Source of the DNA: Lama guanicoe
Lineage: Eukaryota
Assembly: GCA_013239625.1 (NCBI GenBank)
Contig: MU053652.1
Location: forward strand, 7,307,902-7,371,901
Direction of reading: 5' to 3'
DNA length: 64,000 nt
Both the position numbers and the translations under genes were made by a program. Below the pieces are notes generated by a model. The model saw only the letters and a list, made by a program, of their open reading frames with translations, had not been told where the DNA came from and made no database searches. Shown here piece by piece: positions 38,748 through 53,627 of the stretch (positions within the stretch are counted from its first letter, which is position 1; each line of letters begins with the position of its first letter).

Positions 38748-38792
38748 ACACACACACAGACACACACACACACACACACACACAAATACACA
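38748..38792. repeat. (CA)n microsatellite
   Basis: acacacacacagacacacacacacacacacacacaca. Confidence 0.9.
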
Positions 38793-38947
38793 CTGCTACA
38801 TACAATGAAACAGAAGTTGAAAGTTAAACTGGTCATACTGTTTCCTGATCTAGCTGTGGTAAATGCACTTAGACCTCCAGTGTCTTGCTGTCTTAAATCA
38901 TAATTTCCGAAAGTCACCAGCAATCCTTACATCAGAAGAGATTGGGA

Positions 38948-39207
38948 GTAGTGTTTCTCAACAGAAATAAAACTGACACAGGACAAGACAGTTCTTTGTC
39001 CTTGTTGTGTGTGACTTTCCCAATATTGCAGTATGTTTAGTGTACCTGACTCCCTCCGCCCTCCTCCCCCAAGACCTAGATACCAGTAACATCTCCCAGT
39101 AGTTGTGACAAGATAAAGCTCCTCCCTTGTCATCCCCACCCCCTATATTTCCAGATGTCCCAGGGAAGCTATGGAGAGGTGGCAGATCAAGCAGATTGAG
39201 AACCTGG
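38948..39207 (-). mobile_element. MER20-type hAT-Charlie DNA transposon
   Basis: gtgtttctcaac...ttgcagtatgtttag...ctagataccagtaaca...gttgtgacaa...ccagatgtccc...ttgagaacc. Confidence 0.7.
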
Positions 39208-40884
39208 GTAAGGTATTATTGTTACTGAAATATTTTGAAAAATACAGAGGCATAGCCATTAGCCATGGTAAACTATGTTTCATGAATATAAAAGAAATAT
39301 TTATTCCTAAAATTGTAGAATACATACAGACAACTCCTGACTTTAGAAATATTATCCCAAGGCAGTTTTTATTTTTTTAACTAGTTATTTGTAAATTTAT
39401 ACACACTTTTCCATAGAAACTGTTAGGCTACATCTCCAAAGTTTATTTAACAAATTGTAGACTCCTTCTGAGTGCCATTAGATACGAGGTCCTACAGAGA
39501 TGAATGTGCCGAAGTCCAAAGTCTGTCTCATGGCCTTGAACTATTTCAGTATAAATCGAGGGACAATGTTCCCTGGGTTCACAAACTCACCGACTGAGAT
39601 GGGGTAGGATATCAACTGATTCATATATTTGGGGTGTATACACATTCTCATGTCTTCTATCCACAGTGCTGTGTCCTGCATCAGGGACTTGAGGGTTTGC
39701 ATTAGTAGTCACCACGTGGTTGCTTAGTGAGTGAAGGGAATGGCAGGTCTGGATGGCTAGTTCCTCTTGGCCATGGCAATATCTGGGCAAAGTCTCTTCA
39801 TGACTGAGATGCCCATGTCCCTCAGATTCTCTCCTCTGGGAGGCGGCAAATAAGCTGCAAGACTTTACTTCTGTGTTAATTTCACTCATTAAACTGAATG
39901 CTGTTTCTAGCTAAGTTTACTGGTCCTACATGTCTAAGAAATGATCTGTTACTTCCTATTTAGGGTTGACATTAATTTTACCTTCAGAGGGAAATAGTCT
40001 TCCTCACATCTCCAGGTTCCTCTGGAAGAAACTCAGAGCCATCTCAGATACTGCAGATCCTCATTACAGAGATAAAATATTAAAATAGCATTAACAACAG
40101 CACATGTATATATTTACTATATGCCAGGAGTGGAAGCTTAAGGCATACACAAGTTAGAAAACAGGGCTTTGTTAATTCACAAACATTTAAAGAGCTCTTG
40201 AAAGACTTCAGTGAACTACAGATTATATAATACAGGTAAACAAGTCGCTGCAATACTTTTTCATGAGTTTATGGCCCTATGTTGTTCTCTCTAGGTAATA
40301 AAAACACTGTACCTCCACAAACAGTTGGTCATACTTGCACCTCAGCCTCATTTTTCTTCCACCGAATCATTTTTTCCTCTATTAGGCATCGAGCAAGCAG
40401 TTCCCAAGCATTCAACATCACTCACCTCATTTCAGACAGGTCCTGTGATGAATTACAGCCTCCTCAGACATTGAAAATACATTGATCAAGAGAAGTTGTA
40501 AGACGCAGAACAAAAATTAATCCATGCCTCTGTTAGAACAGAAGAAATCACATTTCTGAGTAAACTTTGAGCTGGACAGACCCTGGACTCTTAAAAGTAT
40601 CTGTCAGTTTCATGTCCCATCTGAGGTCAGTGCATTTAATAGTGTGTATTGCAGACGGCCCACCCACATTCTATTCTTTGCAGTGTCAGTCTTGGATCAT
40701 GTGCCTTGCTTCTCCCAGCTACAAAGGTAGGCTCATTCATTCTTATTCCATCTTTCTCTCCAGAACAGTTTGTTTGGTTACATTACTCATGCCTCAGTCA
40801 CTAACCAGCTTGTGTCATTTCCCTCGCCACCGGGATGTGTTCCACAGCAGGTTTAAGTTGGTCCAATCCACGTGTCCTAATTCA

Positions 40885-41392
40885 GTGCGTTAGTATTTCA
40901 TGGCTATTGTAATGAATTACCATACATTTAATAGCTTAAACAATATGAGTTTATTCTGTTACAGGGTCTGTAAGCCAGAAATCAGACACCTCTGTCACTG
41001 GGCTAAGGTCAAAGGGTTGGCAGGGCTGAACTCCTTTCTTGAGATTCTAGGGGAAAATCCCTTTCCTTGCCTTTGCCAGCTTCCTAGAGCCTGATCGCAT
41101 TCTTTGGCTTGTGGTGGCCCCGCCTCAATCTTCAAAGCCAGGAGCCCTGCTTCTCTCTAACTCTTCTCCTGGGGTTATATCTTCCTCTGATGACAGCTGG
41201 GAAGGCTTCTCTAGTTTTAAGGACTCTGATTAGATTGGGTCCATTTGAATGATCCACGATAATTTTCCATTTTAACATTCTTAACCTTAATCGCATCTGC
41301 AAAGTCTCTCTGCCACAGAAGGTAACATATTCACAGCTTCTAAAGACCAGAACATGAACATGTGTGGAGAAGGTCATTATTTCACCTGTCAC
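40885..41392 (-). mobile_element. MLT1C/D-type MaLR LTR, apparently nested in an older MLT1 continuing to ~41690
   Basis: ttggcagggctg, ttctaggggaaaatccctttccttgcc, gattagattgggtcca, ccttaatcgcatctgcaaagtc, aggtaacatattcacag. Confidence 0.8.
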
Positions 41393-42911
41393 ATCCAGAT
41401 TTTGGTTCAATAGCGGGGAAACACTTTGTTCTGGACAGTTTTAATTGTGAGTTATGACCTGAACCTGCCTCAACCATTTTGCTATCCTAAAGAAGGCCAA
41501 CCTGGATATAAAGTCGGCATGAGACAGCAGCAGAGCAGAGATACAAAGCAGAGAAATTACAAAAGACTCATTTAAGTGCACACTCTTTCTCTAGATTTCG
41601 AGTAATGTGAGCCAATATATTTATTTCCCTTTGTGTCTAAGCTGGCTTTTAGTTGAATATTATATTATCTTCACCTGCAGAATCCTAATATATACACACT
41701 CCAAGTGGTTCATTTTAGTTCAAGTTATACCATGATTTTTGAAACATGTAGGGAATAAATGAGTTCAACTCTCTAGCAGCAAACTAAAGATTGTCACAAA
41801 GGCAAATAAACAGTCGGGTACTGATGCAGCAGAGGAGCATCCCCCTGGCACCGGCCCAGCAGAGACCTTTCCAGGAAGGACAGTCCAGGATTGAACAGGG
41901 CAACCTGGACCCAATGAAATCTTCTCTCTGGGCTCTGACCTGCTGGGGAAGCAAATGGATGGCAGATCACTTGAGCTCAGATCACTGCACAAGCTTGCTC
42001 TCCATCCTAGTCTTAAAAGTTTTGCAAACATCAGGACCCAGAAAATTTTAGGCCCATGAGGCTATTCTATCTTACTGCAGAACAGGGCATGCCATCAGTT
42101 TCCAGACTTGTAGGTGCTCTGTTGAATTTTCTTACTTATAAGTGTAAGGAAACTCACAAACACATTTCTCAAGACTTTCCGTGTAGGTTGAGTTTACTGT
42201 TTCTCTTGGTGTGGGCCACACTCAGTGTTCACACTTCTGCATTTCAAAGGGTCCCATTGTTTCTCTCTCTCTCTCTTTAAAGTAGGGGCACTTAAGTCTT
42301 TAAGTCGTTCCTGTAATGTAACAAAATTTACATATAATGATGGCTCATGCCTGTGATCATTACGTATAAAACTGGCTTTTGGACTAGGTGGAAGAGTTCT
42401 ACTAAAAATATTTAACTGCATCTACCACCCTACCCAGCTTTTCTCCTATTTTATTATCTGCAATTTAAAATTTTATAAAACTTAAAAATATAAATCTTAA
42501 TATGTAGATACTTCTGGGAGAGGTTAATATATGGGATTTAAGGTTATAGATCTTTTCTCAGAAACAGGTTTGGATAGGAGGAGAAATAAAACAATAAAAA
42601 CACAATGAATTCCCAGATTTAGATATTAGAAGGTTATTTCCAAATGTAAGGAAATGGCACAAAAGGCAAAACACTTTGTTTAAAGCAAAATGCTGCCACG
42701 ACCAACTCAGAAGAATGAGAGCTCATTGACACTAGTGGTGTCTGTCATATTATACAACCTCAGGTAAAGGGAGATTCTTTTCACCCCTGGCATGAGAACA
42801 CAAGAAGAGCCCCAGAGAGAACACATCACTAGATTCAAAGGAGAGACAAATGGACATCGAACAAAAGATACTGACATAGACATTTCCCTAAGAATGGCGT
42901 TTCTTCTCATG

Positions 42912-43273
42912 CAGTCATCCCTCAGTATCTGCAGGGGATTGGTTCCAGGAGCCACTGGATGCCAAAATCCCAGGATGCTCAGGTCCCTCATGTAAATACT
43001 ATACCATTTCATATAAGGGACTATTTGCTTATAACCTGCCCATATCCTGCTGCAGATTTAAAGTCATCTCTACATTACTCATTATACCTAATACAATGTA
43101 GATGCTATGTAAATAGCTGTAAATACAGAGTAAATGCTATGTACATAGTTACTAATGCAAGGCAAATTCAAGTTTTGCTTTTTGGAACTGTCTGGAATTA
43201 AAAAAAATTTTTTTTTTGATCTGTGGTTCATTGAATTGTGGATGCAAAACTCACAGATAAGGATAGCCCACTG
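42912..43273 (+). mobile_element. MER2/Tigger-type TcMar DNA transposon
   Basis: Terminal inverted repeats cagtcatccctcagtatctgcagg ... ctcacagataaggatagcccactg. TA follows the right end; TG precedes the left end. Confidence 0.8.
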
Positions 43274-44899
43274 TACAATTTAATTAAAGCAATCAAATAA
43301 AGTCTTAGCTATAACATATGAAGAACATAGTGCCAGAGACTGAGCAGTATCAGTGTACTTCCTTCTGATACTTCAGATCACTGGGGAATTTGGTTTTGTT
43401 ATAATTTGCAAAGTGGGTATCATAAAATTAGGTCAACATCATTTGGAAAAAGAGAAATACAGAATTACACTTTCGAGCTAAATTCTTCCTCCTCTTTGTT
43501 TTATTTTCCTTAGGGAAAAATTTTAAACCATCAAAACTGATAATTAACAAGGCAGGGTAAGGAAATAATGAGAGGAAAACATTACTTAGGAGTAAGAGGG
43601 ATTATTATTAACGTCAGAAATCACTGGTTTTCAACTGTTTTTAATCAAATGAGAGAATAGAAATTACAATCATATGTTAAAAGAGTAAAGTAGAAGTGCA
43701 GGTATTTTTAAAATCTTTAATAATAAAAGTGTATAATCATCTCCAACATATCTCAGAAAACACACTAGTAAAATATCACCAAAAAAATACTCGTGAGTTT
43801 CTGTAATTTTTGTTTCCTCATGCAAATTATTTCTTCATCTAAGATCCCTAATAATTTTCTGTTGACTATGACTTTAAGCTTAATTTTAAGTTATTTTTAC
43901 TACTTATAATATAACATTGATTTTGTTTCCCCCAAGCTAGCTGAGGAAGATTAAAATAAATTATCAGAAGTTCTACAGGCAGGAGTCTTACCATATGATT
44001 CAAACAAAATTTTCAAAAGATTTAAGTCATATAATGCTTAGAGTTAAACTAGGTCTTAACACTTAATACTTTAAAATTCATGCTTCTTCCCTCTTAAAAA
44101 TAAGTTAAATATATGGTGGTTTAAAAATAAATATCATGAAAATAATGATTGCATAGGCAGGTATTTAAGCCTTGAATCTGTTGTCTAGGAAGACACACTT
44201 TTTTATGTTCTCTTAGAATAATATGTCTGCTTTTAATTAAGTATCTGAGAAAAACTGTGTCTTGTTTTGTTCTATTAACAAGAACGTGAACCTTGCCACA
44301 ATAGTCAATATCAACTATATAGACAAGAATAAACACTGAAACTGTCAAACTGAATAAAAATATTCTCTTCCATAGATATTCAACATGTTGCTTTAAAAAA
44401 AAAAAAACAGAGATGCAGCCGGGCAACCTCAATATAGAATTTTTATTAAGTTTGGGTAAATTTAAAATCAAATCAAAATTGCATGAAAGGATTCCATTTT
44501 GTCCCAATTCTCTAGAAATGCTCTTGACAGACAACCAAAGGGGGACTTCTTTTCTTGGAGAACCCTAAAATTTCCTTGAGCTCTGTGAGGAATAGCTCCC
44601 AGAAAAGCTCCTGGCCCTTCAGAACCCCCATGTGAAGCTCAGAGAGGCAGTGAACTTCACTGTGTAGTTACCAATTCTTCATTCATTTTCTAGCATTCCT
44701 TTTATTTCTTTGAGCAGCTGAAACGGAGGGCATTAGGATCGGTTTTTGTTTGAAATGGGTACAGAAGAGCTAGGAAAAGAATTGCAAATCTGAGCAACGT
44801 GATGCTTCTGAAGGCTGAGGATCAGAGCTCACCTTCATTCTGAAATTTCTGTCTCTGTATTCTTTTAATCATGGCTTGTCTCTAACCCAGAATGTCTGT

Positions 44900-45310
44900 A
44901 TCTTCAGCTGCAAGACTCAAAGGGGTGGGGGAGGAACTCCTCTGAAGGACCACTCATTCACACACCTGGCTGTTGCTGGCTGTTGGTAAGACGATAACTA
45001 GGCAATGGGCTGGAACACCTTCTTGGGACCTCTTTATGTGACCTGAGCTTCTTCACACTAGGCGAGGCTGAGTTCTGAGGGCCAGTGTCCTGAGTGGAGC
45101 CAAATGGAAGCTTTTTTATAACCTAGCCCCAGAAATCACATAGTGTAACTTTCACTCTATGCTGTGGGTTGGAGCAGTCACAAACCTGGCTAAATTCAAG
45201 GATTAGAGATCTTCCTCCTGATGGGGAGGGCAGTTTTGGACCTGGGTATGGGTCTTGGGGAAGATATAGGACCAGGAATAATACTGCGGTTGTTTTGGAA
45301 AATACAATGT
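44900..45310 (-). mobile_element. Old MLT1 (G/H-like) LTR
   Basis: ctcattcacacacctggc, gctggctgttgg, ttttataacctagccccagaaatcacatag, gcagtcacaaacc. Confidence 0.6.
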
Positions 45311-46239
45311 TTCATATCTTGTAGAAAGGCAGCTCTAATCTCTAAATCATTTTGTCATAGAGAGTCTAAATCTGCTTTAAAGCAGCCCGTTCACCCTGAC
45401 CCTACTATCTGCATATGAATGGCGTAAACAGGGTATTGCATGGCAGCTCTTTATATACTTAAATCGTCGCTTTGAAGCCTGCTTTTCTTTAGTTAAATTC
45501 TCCCGTTTTCTTTTTAAATTCCTATGACTTATCAGTGTCCTTAAGATGTGATATCCCAAGTGAACACAGTATCCCAACATTTTAGGTGAGGCTTTAGTAA
45601 GAAATAAAATAAATTGTGAACCTCCTTATTCACATATTATATATAGCTTAGATAATGTAGCCTAAAGTAACTAGCTTTTTTTTAGTAATCACACTATTAT
45701 CTCAAATTGGGTACATTGCTAACTAAATCTGGTATTTTCTTCTGTTGTGAAAGTTCCAGCTTGAGTGATTTCTGTTTTATTCTTTTTCTCTCTTATCCCC
45801 TTTCTCCCTCCCTTCCTCCTTCCTTCTTTCCCTCCTTCTCTTTCCTTTTTATTTATTTTTCCCTGAGTTTAGAATGTGAACAAGCATTATTTTCTCCTCT
45901 AAATGTTCTTCATACCAAATTTAGGACAAAATTTATGTTAATTTAGCCTATCAATTTCATTATGAAATTGTAACACTTACTGCTCTACTCTCAACAAACC
46001 ATTTTCTCAGGTCATGCATCTACTGGTTCAGTTCTATGTCCAGAGCAAATATAAAATGCCTTCTTCCTATGGGCATGAAAATTAGAAATGAGAAAAGGAA
46101 AAAAAATTTCTGTCACTCAAGGAGGGAAATACATAATGAAAACTGAGTAGCAAACACTGCTTTAAATCCTTTTGAAAAGCCTGCCAGGGCTTGGCCTATT
46201 GGAATGACTCTTCGAATAGTGAAAGTAATAATAAGAACA

Positions 46240-46480
46240 TAAAACGATGACAACTAATACTACAGTCGTTTTTAAATACTTACTTTGTGTATATTATAGA
46301 AATAATTTCTTATAACAATCTGGAAAGATGAGCATTAGAGTGTAGCTATCCCCATTTTACAACTAACAAAACTGAGCTTTAGGGAAATAAAATAACTTGT
46401 TCAGGATTAAAATAAGTAGCTGAACTTGGGATTCAACTATTGATACATCTAATTCCATATCGTATGCCTATCTAACTGTG
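46240..46480 (-). mobile_element. MIR
   Basis: atccccattttacaactaacaaaactgagctttagggaaataaaataacttgttcagga...gggattcaact. Confidence 0.65.
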
Positions 46481-46579
46481 TCATGGATTTGCCCTTCTAA
46501 AGAATGCAACTGATTTTTTCAAGTCAGTTATCTCACAATAACACAAGGGGTTATAGCAGTGCAAGGTTTCTCCAGCTAT

Positions 46580-46960
46580 TTTAAATGAAAAAATAAATTT
46601 ATTGAAAGGATAAGGGTGCTTACACCTAAAAATACAGAAACCACAGTAGCTCTGGGATCCAGATTAGGAACAAATATGAGGTCTTTTCTGGGAGGCATTG
46701 TGTAGATGAATCTGACCAAGCCTTTTTTCTGTGCTAGTACCACTGTGCTAAGACTCAAACCTTCAGCTGAGCTTCATTGGCCTTGGTTGGGTAATATGCC
46801 CACCCCGTGGCTTATGGGAGCGTACTGTGACTGACAGCCCTGCCAAGATTGCCATAGTTGAGTTTGGAAGGGGTGGGCAATTCACTCAAGGGAAGCAGGG
46901 ATATTATTACTAAGAGAAGGCAAAAGGACCCTGGGCAGCTAAAAACAACAGATATTCCCT
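46580..46960 (-). mobile_element. Old MLT1 (J/K-like) LTR fragment
   Basis: cattggccttggttgggtaatatgcccacccc...ctgggcagctaaaaacaacagatatt. Confidence 0.5.
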
Positions 46961-49900
46961 ATGTTACCTTCTAGGTTTGTTAAGGAAATTGGATGAAATA
47001 AGAAGTATGAGATGGCTGGGACATAGTGCTCTAAAAGTAGTTGTCTTTATTATTATAACCATCACTTAGGTAAAACACAACACTCAGTGCCTGACACATC
47101 AAACATGCAATCCAGGAAAAATCAATGACATTCATCAGGTGTTCTGTGTGGTAGGAAGATTTACCCCATGGCTGATGCATATACTCCTGCACATTCAGGG
47201 TTGTCAGGCAGGATGCCGATCAGCTAAGCACTTCAAGTGCAGAAACACCAATGACTGGCTCTCTTACTCCTTCCCAAGCCAATGCCTAGACTAGGACAAG
47301 CTCCACTACAAGGGAGGCTACCCCAGGTAGGCAGTGGCTATAGGTTTAGAGCCAGCGTTTCTTTGGAGACACCTGAGCAAGACAACAGTTGGTTCATTGG
47401 ATGATGCTCAAAGGCACATAATGGTCTCATTGGGGGGATTCATATCAAATATCGACAGGGGCTAGAAAAGTGGTGCACGATCATGGAGCCAATAAGACGG
47501 ATGTGTTGGAAGCAATTTGGAGAGAACTGCCTGATCTAGGAGGGCACCCGATACTCTGTTCCGACTAGTGTAGTGAGGAGGGGGAATGCAGGTTTAGGGT
47601 TGTCAGATGGCTTGATCTGCAAAAGAACTAGAAATCCTGATTCTTAGGTGAAGTTAGTTTGCAATGAATTCAAAAAGTTAAAAAAATATTTTGTAATCTA
47701 ATACTACGCAGGCCAAAGAAAACCTATTTGTTAATAACATTTGTCTCACAGTGGTCTGTTTGCCATTTCTGTTCCACCAAAGGTTATCAGCCCATAACCT
47801 CGTTGCAGGTAAATAAGTGCACTCTACTCACAGTTGTGCACTCCACAGGTTGCTGCATTTTCTACATCATTTTTCCACTCGTGCTGCCATTCATTGCTAT
47901 GCATATTAGCATGAGTTTCATTATAGAGGGGAGGTGTCGGGGAGAAGGCGAGTGGAGCACTGAGGAGAACTTCTCAGGCAGTGACTCAACACTGCTGGAC
48001 CTATTTCTCAGGCTTAGACTACCAAGCTAAATTACGCCCAGAAATGAAGAGGGCTGAAGAGGATGGCTGTGCACCATCTTGGAAGAAGGAGGAAAACAGG
48101 ATTCTCCTTCCAGCTCCCAAATCTCTTCAAATGCTTACTCCATAAAATACTTGTAGAGCTGAGAGTCGGGGTAAGAGACGTTATTATGGCTAGGTTTTTC
48201 TTCTGTGACATTTCCTCCCTTCTTTTTATTGGGCGGCTCTACATGAAGCTATTCTGGGAACCTCTGCTTTCTTAATAAGGTCTCTGCTGGGTTTTTAGAC
48301 AGCGGAAAACACCAAAGGCTCCCATTATCCTCTGCTTAGATTTTTGCAAGCTGCGAGTTTTTACTTCTGGGCAATTTTCTTCCAGCAGCTGGGCATTCCC
48401 AAATGACACTGCGAGATCTAGAAGGGTCAAGGAAAATTGGATATTTTCTCAGCAGAGGTTTATCTTATGCTGTAATGCTCCACAGCACCTTACTTAGTAC
48501 TGGTCACAGAACAAATGTTTCCTGATTGATTTATAACAGGCGTGACCTTCCATAGGGCAGAAATATAGGACCATGTCAATAGGGTGCTTTGAAAAATTCC
48601 TCAAGATACCTACTTGTAAGTATCTTCTCCTCTCAGCTTATTAAGGTACTTAACATCATTAGTCACTCTTTTGGACTTTCTTCTGAAGATAAAATGTAAT
48701 AATTACCAAGAAAAGTGTGCTTTATTTTATTAGCTACTGTTATTTTAAACAATAAAATAATTGTAAAATAATATGTACAATTCAACATGGATGCCAAAAC
48801 CCCATTCAGGACAATGGCTGCTTAAGGCATGAGAAGGACCCTGGGACTCTAAAGGGTAGGTGAAGGTCACTAGGAGACAAGGAGAGGCTGTCTGGAGGGA
48901 AATTGTGTCGATGAACATTTGTCTTCTCTTAGAACTTGGTCAAGATTTTTGGTCTCAGAATAGTTTCCAATGGATCTCAGAGCTTCAGAAAATTTGCCAA
49001 GGTTCAGGTTCCACCTCTAGTTATTTCCAAGAGAACAATCTGCAACCTCCGGAATAGATGAGCATGAAAGAGTAACAAAATATCCTGTGGTTTGTAATCT
49101 GTGTATGATTTAAACTGTTGAGGTTTATAGCCTCTCTCACTGATGTCACCTTCAGTAAACTCCACATATGAAAGAGGAGAAGGGTCAAGTGTACTTCTGA
49201 TTTTAAATGGTTTTCTTGAGGGTTCTTAATTTAATAGAGTATCTAAAAAGCATCTTGAGAAATCTAAGTAGGAGGGAGCAAATACTCAAATATACTTGCC
49301 ATATTCCAATGGAAGCTGACTGCTTAAGTGATTTAATGGTAGTTAAAAACACTATCAGCAAATCTGTCACATCTCATTATTAGTTATAAATTATGCTTTG
49401 CTTCTTCAGATCTAAAACTACCTATCAGAAGTTCCTTATGACCCTACAGATTTAGTGACCATTTTCTGGTGTCAGGCTTCTGTCTTCTCCCTGTGTGAGC
49501 ACTCAACTCTCATCTTGGATTTATTCAGCCTTAAGACACATCAGATGGATAACTGACCCAAATCCTCAGGTTTTTATAATATTGCAAAAATATACACTCA
49601 GTTAAAGAGTTCAATAACTTTATGAATGTACATTTTTTTTAAAGCAAACATCTGAGTATTTCAGAGCTGCACTGCTGGGTTTTACTGGAGCTGCATGTGC
49701 GTATAAGATTCCATTCCAAGTAATAATGGAGCTCTGCTCTACACCTAGAAGCTTGAGGATGGAGATGGAAGTCATGCATGAGACTGTTGGAACATCTTGG
49801 CAGAATCTGCCAGTATCATTAAATTAACTTTACAAATGCAAGCTAACCTGGAATAAGACTGGCATCAACCTGTACTAAGACTATATATCAGGGGAGCATA

Positions 49901-51689
49901 TTTTTGGACAGAACACATCCAACCTGATGGCAGGACTATTGGTAAATGCTCTACCAGTGATGAAGTCAAGTTTAAGATCCCAGGACCACAAAGTATATAC
50001 ACATGACTAAACAAACTATTCCATAATGCAATTTATATTTCTTTAATGACAAATGTTAAATTATCAATGATTGATTTGTCTATATAAATCAATGAACTAA
50101 AATGATGAATTGAAACTATTATTCAATACCTTCTAATCAGTGATTCTACTCAGAGGAAGCAAAAAATTATAAATGCACTTATACTGTACCTGTAAGTTTG
50201 TAGAAACATTTCATTTAATCACAGCCATGGGATCATGAAATTGTCAATTTTGGAAATAAAAAACTGTCAAATATTGGCAGTTTCATACAGCTCAGCCTGA
50301 GAGTTGAGAAAGCCAAAAGTTTGAATAATTAAATAATTTGCACAAACAAACAAACGTAGTTTGTAGGGGCAGAGCCAGCTTTGATCCAAAGTCTGTCTAC
50401 GCACACCTCTCTTGGCCACTCCACTTTGTGTTCACTCCTGCTCCAGTGTCTCAGTGACCTCCCCAGCTACACGACAGCTACACTGCAGTCAAGACCACTC
50501 GAAAACAGAAGCACTTCCACATGCTGGTGGGACACAGGGGCACATTACAATCCATTTCATGCCTGAACCATTCCCGTCAGCATCAATCAATTTTCTTCCC
50601 TTTCAATAAGGTCTTGTTCTTGGTTATACATCCCAAGTGAGCAATGAAGCAGTCAAGAGGAGAACTTATCCCACTTTCTTTAGAAACCAACTGGCCAGTA
50701 TATTCAGGAGCAAACTAACCAAGTCCATTAAAAGACAAAGTTCATACATACACCTTTTATAAGCCAATCACATTGAGTTTAATTAATGTTCAAGTGCTCC
50801 CTGAAACACTACACTATTGTATGATACGTATATCCTCCCCCAACCCCGCCACACACACACATGCTATTTGAAGCGGGAAACATAAATAGCCTTGGGTCTT
50901 ATCATAATTCATTTCTTTTTATTATTATGTGCTTGAATCCATTTGACATAGCTGGCTTCCTTGTTTGCTTCTTTGCACAGTAATTCAAAATACATTGCAC
51001 TAAAAGAAGTTAATTTGAGACTGAAATTTAAAAAAGAATAAAATTGTTTTGTTTTCCTTCTAGGAGACTCAGATATGTATGCATATGTTTTTTCTTTCTC
51101 CTTCATTTCTCTTCTTTCCAACAGTCTCTTGTATCTGTGACATTTTAGTGGTGTTTTATCTTGAACTAATAAACAGAGACCTAATTTGGCATGGGCTAGT
51201 GTTTTCCAGGTGGAGAGATGTTAGATCATGTCAGCCATGATTTCATTTTCTGAAAACAATTTTACAGATCCATTTCTGTTCTGCGGTGGCTACTGTTATC
51301 TCGTTCTTTCCTTTATCTCATTGAAGTTTTTATCTCTTGGTATTTGTGGGGAACCAAAAATAAACATATTTCCATTTTTTTAAAAAAGTTCATTTTAACT
51401 ATAACAGAGAAAAATGGGCTTTGAATATCCTACAAAGGTAGAACATTTATTTTAGTTTCTTCTTTTTTTTTTTTATACATCTAGCTCTACAGAACTAGTG
51501 TGGGAAATTATTTAAAAAAATGGATATTAAGTCCAGAGTATAAATATTGTTATGTATTTTATTTCATGATTGTGGTAAGTTGTCAGATGGAATGTTGATT
51601 TAATTAATATAGTATCAAAATATGCTATAATGATAGCTGATAATATGGACTTATATGGATATGACTTTAACTGGAGGTAATATCTAAAG

Positions 51690-51892
51690 CAAGACTTGGC
51701 AAATTATGGCCCATGGGCCAAAATCTGCCTGCTGCTTATTTTTGTAAATAGACATAATTACTTATTGGTTGATGTATTGTCTATGGAAGTTTTCCTGCTA
51801 CAGCAACAGAACTGAGAAGTTGCAATAGAGATCGTATGACCCACAAAGCTGAAGACATTGACTATCTTGCCCATTCATCCTCTGGACCCCAG
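51690..51892 (+). mobile_element. MER58A-type hAT-Charlie element with 8-bp TSD
   Basis: ttggcaaattatggcccatgggccaaaatctgcctgctgc...gacccacaaagc...ggacccc. TSD atctaaag (51682) / atctacag (51893). Confidence 0.8.
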
Positions 51893-52334
51893 ATCTACAG
51901 CAAAAATATTTAGGAAGAAGTCCTATGAAATGAATTCAAGGCAGAAGATGAACTTACAGTCCTATTTTATGTCTAAATGAAAGGGTAGGGAAGACATCTT
52001 CCTAGGGTCATCGTAGGCTAAACTGACATTCCTTTAAAGGACTTGCAATTCAAAGAAAACCCAGTGAGTAGAGGCGGGTGAGTATATGAAATGTCATAAT
52101 CAGTCAAGAATTGCTTTTATTAGATGCAACTTTCAGTAAATAGTGGCACTGAGTGCTAAGCTTTACTAAAGATTATTAAACTAATAAAAAAAAGTAAACT
52201 TCAGTGATAAAGTTGCAAAATGCTTTATTCTAACATAAACCTCCCTGCCAACATAACTGTCCACCAATTTTGATGCCAAGGAATTAAGGTGTTTCTTTTG
52301 TGTATGCCAAGTCTTTGGGGAAGTTGGAGCTTGC

Positions 52335-52680
52335 CTTACTCAGGATAGGCTAGGTTATGGTGCAGCAGTAAACAACTTCCAAATGTCAGCGATCTCCAAA
52401 GGTGCCCCCTTCCCTGCCCAGGCTCCTGTCCTCCACGGGATGGCTCAGCCTGGCATCTCCGTATTAAAACATGGGTTTATAGCAGCCACGGAGGAGAGTT
52501 CTGAGCATCTCCAAGGGCAACTAAATGAGTCTGCTCAGAGGAGACACAGATCACCTGCACTCACATTCTATTTTCCAAAAAAAAGTCATATGGCTATTTC
52601 TAACCTTAAGGAGGTAAGAAAGTGTAATTATCCCATGTATCCAGAATGAAGATTAGGAGATTTTGAGAAACTGCACAACA
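52335..52680 (-). mobile_element. Old MLT1 LTR fragment
   Basis: tcaggataggctaggttatggtgcag...ctcacattc...aagtcatatggct...aaagtgtaat. Confidence 0.55.
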
Positions 52681-53285
52681 GTAGTTTCCCGTATCTTCCC
52701 TCAACCTCCTCTCACCAACTCCCCAGGACTGCCTCCAGATCATATATTTGGCCTTTCATGAATAGGAGACAACCAGTGGGGAAAATGTTGGTACTCAGAG
52801 TATACGCAGGTAGGCAGGTGCATAGGTGGATAGTGTTGTTGCAAAGATTAAATTAGATTTCTGAATTCTTGGTTGTTGTGTATTGTCCCACTAGTCTGCT
52901 GCCCTTCGCTACCAGTGTTTGGCAGAAAACAAAGGTCCTTCTCTGACTGGGTTCCAGGGCAGCAACTAATTTAAAATAACGCTTATCTCTGCACCTACAA
53001 GCTCAGCTTCAAGGAAAGCAGGACAAAACAAAACTGCACAGGTGGCCCCTCACCCTGACTTCCACATGCAGTGCATTCTAAACCAGGTTTTTTCTTATCC
53101 TTCAACCCAGGGTCAAACTCCATAAGCCGTTCCTCCAGCAGTTTTCTCGGCAGACTCAATTCCTCCTTAGCTCTATTAATATTCTTGAATCAGTGGCTTT
53201 GTTCTAATTCACATTTTTCCCTTGGATAATTCTCTTTGGTTATAATACATTTTTGTTTTGGTTTCTCCCATGAATCAACAGCCGT

Positions 53286-53627
53286 GTTATAGATGGAATG
53301 TTTGCATCCATATTTTGGAATCTAATCTCCAGTTTGATGGTGTTTGAAGGCGGGGCTTTTGAGAGAGATTTAAGTCATGGGAGGGATGTTCTCATGAATG
53401 GAATTAGTGCCCTTATAAGAAGAGCCTGGAGAGCCAGCTCCCTCATCTCTCTATCATGTGAGGATACAGTGGGAAGTTAGCCATCTGCAATGCAGGGGAG
53501 AGCCCTCACCAGAATGCTGGCACCATGATCTCAGGCTTACAACTTCCAGAACTGTGAGAAATAAACCTTTGTTGTTTAAAGACACACAGTCTGTGGTAAT
53601 TTGTTACAGCAGCCCGAACTGACCAGG
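53286..53627 (+). mobile_element. MLT1A-type MaLR LTR
   Basis: tgttatagatggaatgtt...atgaatggaattagtgcccttataagaagag...gccctcaccagaa...ccagaactgtgagaaataaa...ttgttacagcagcccgaactgac. Confidence 0.85.
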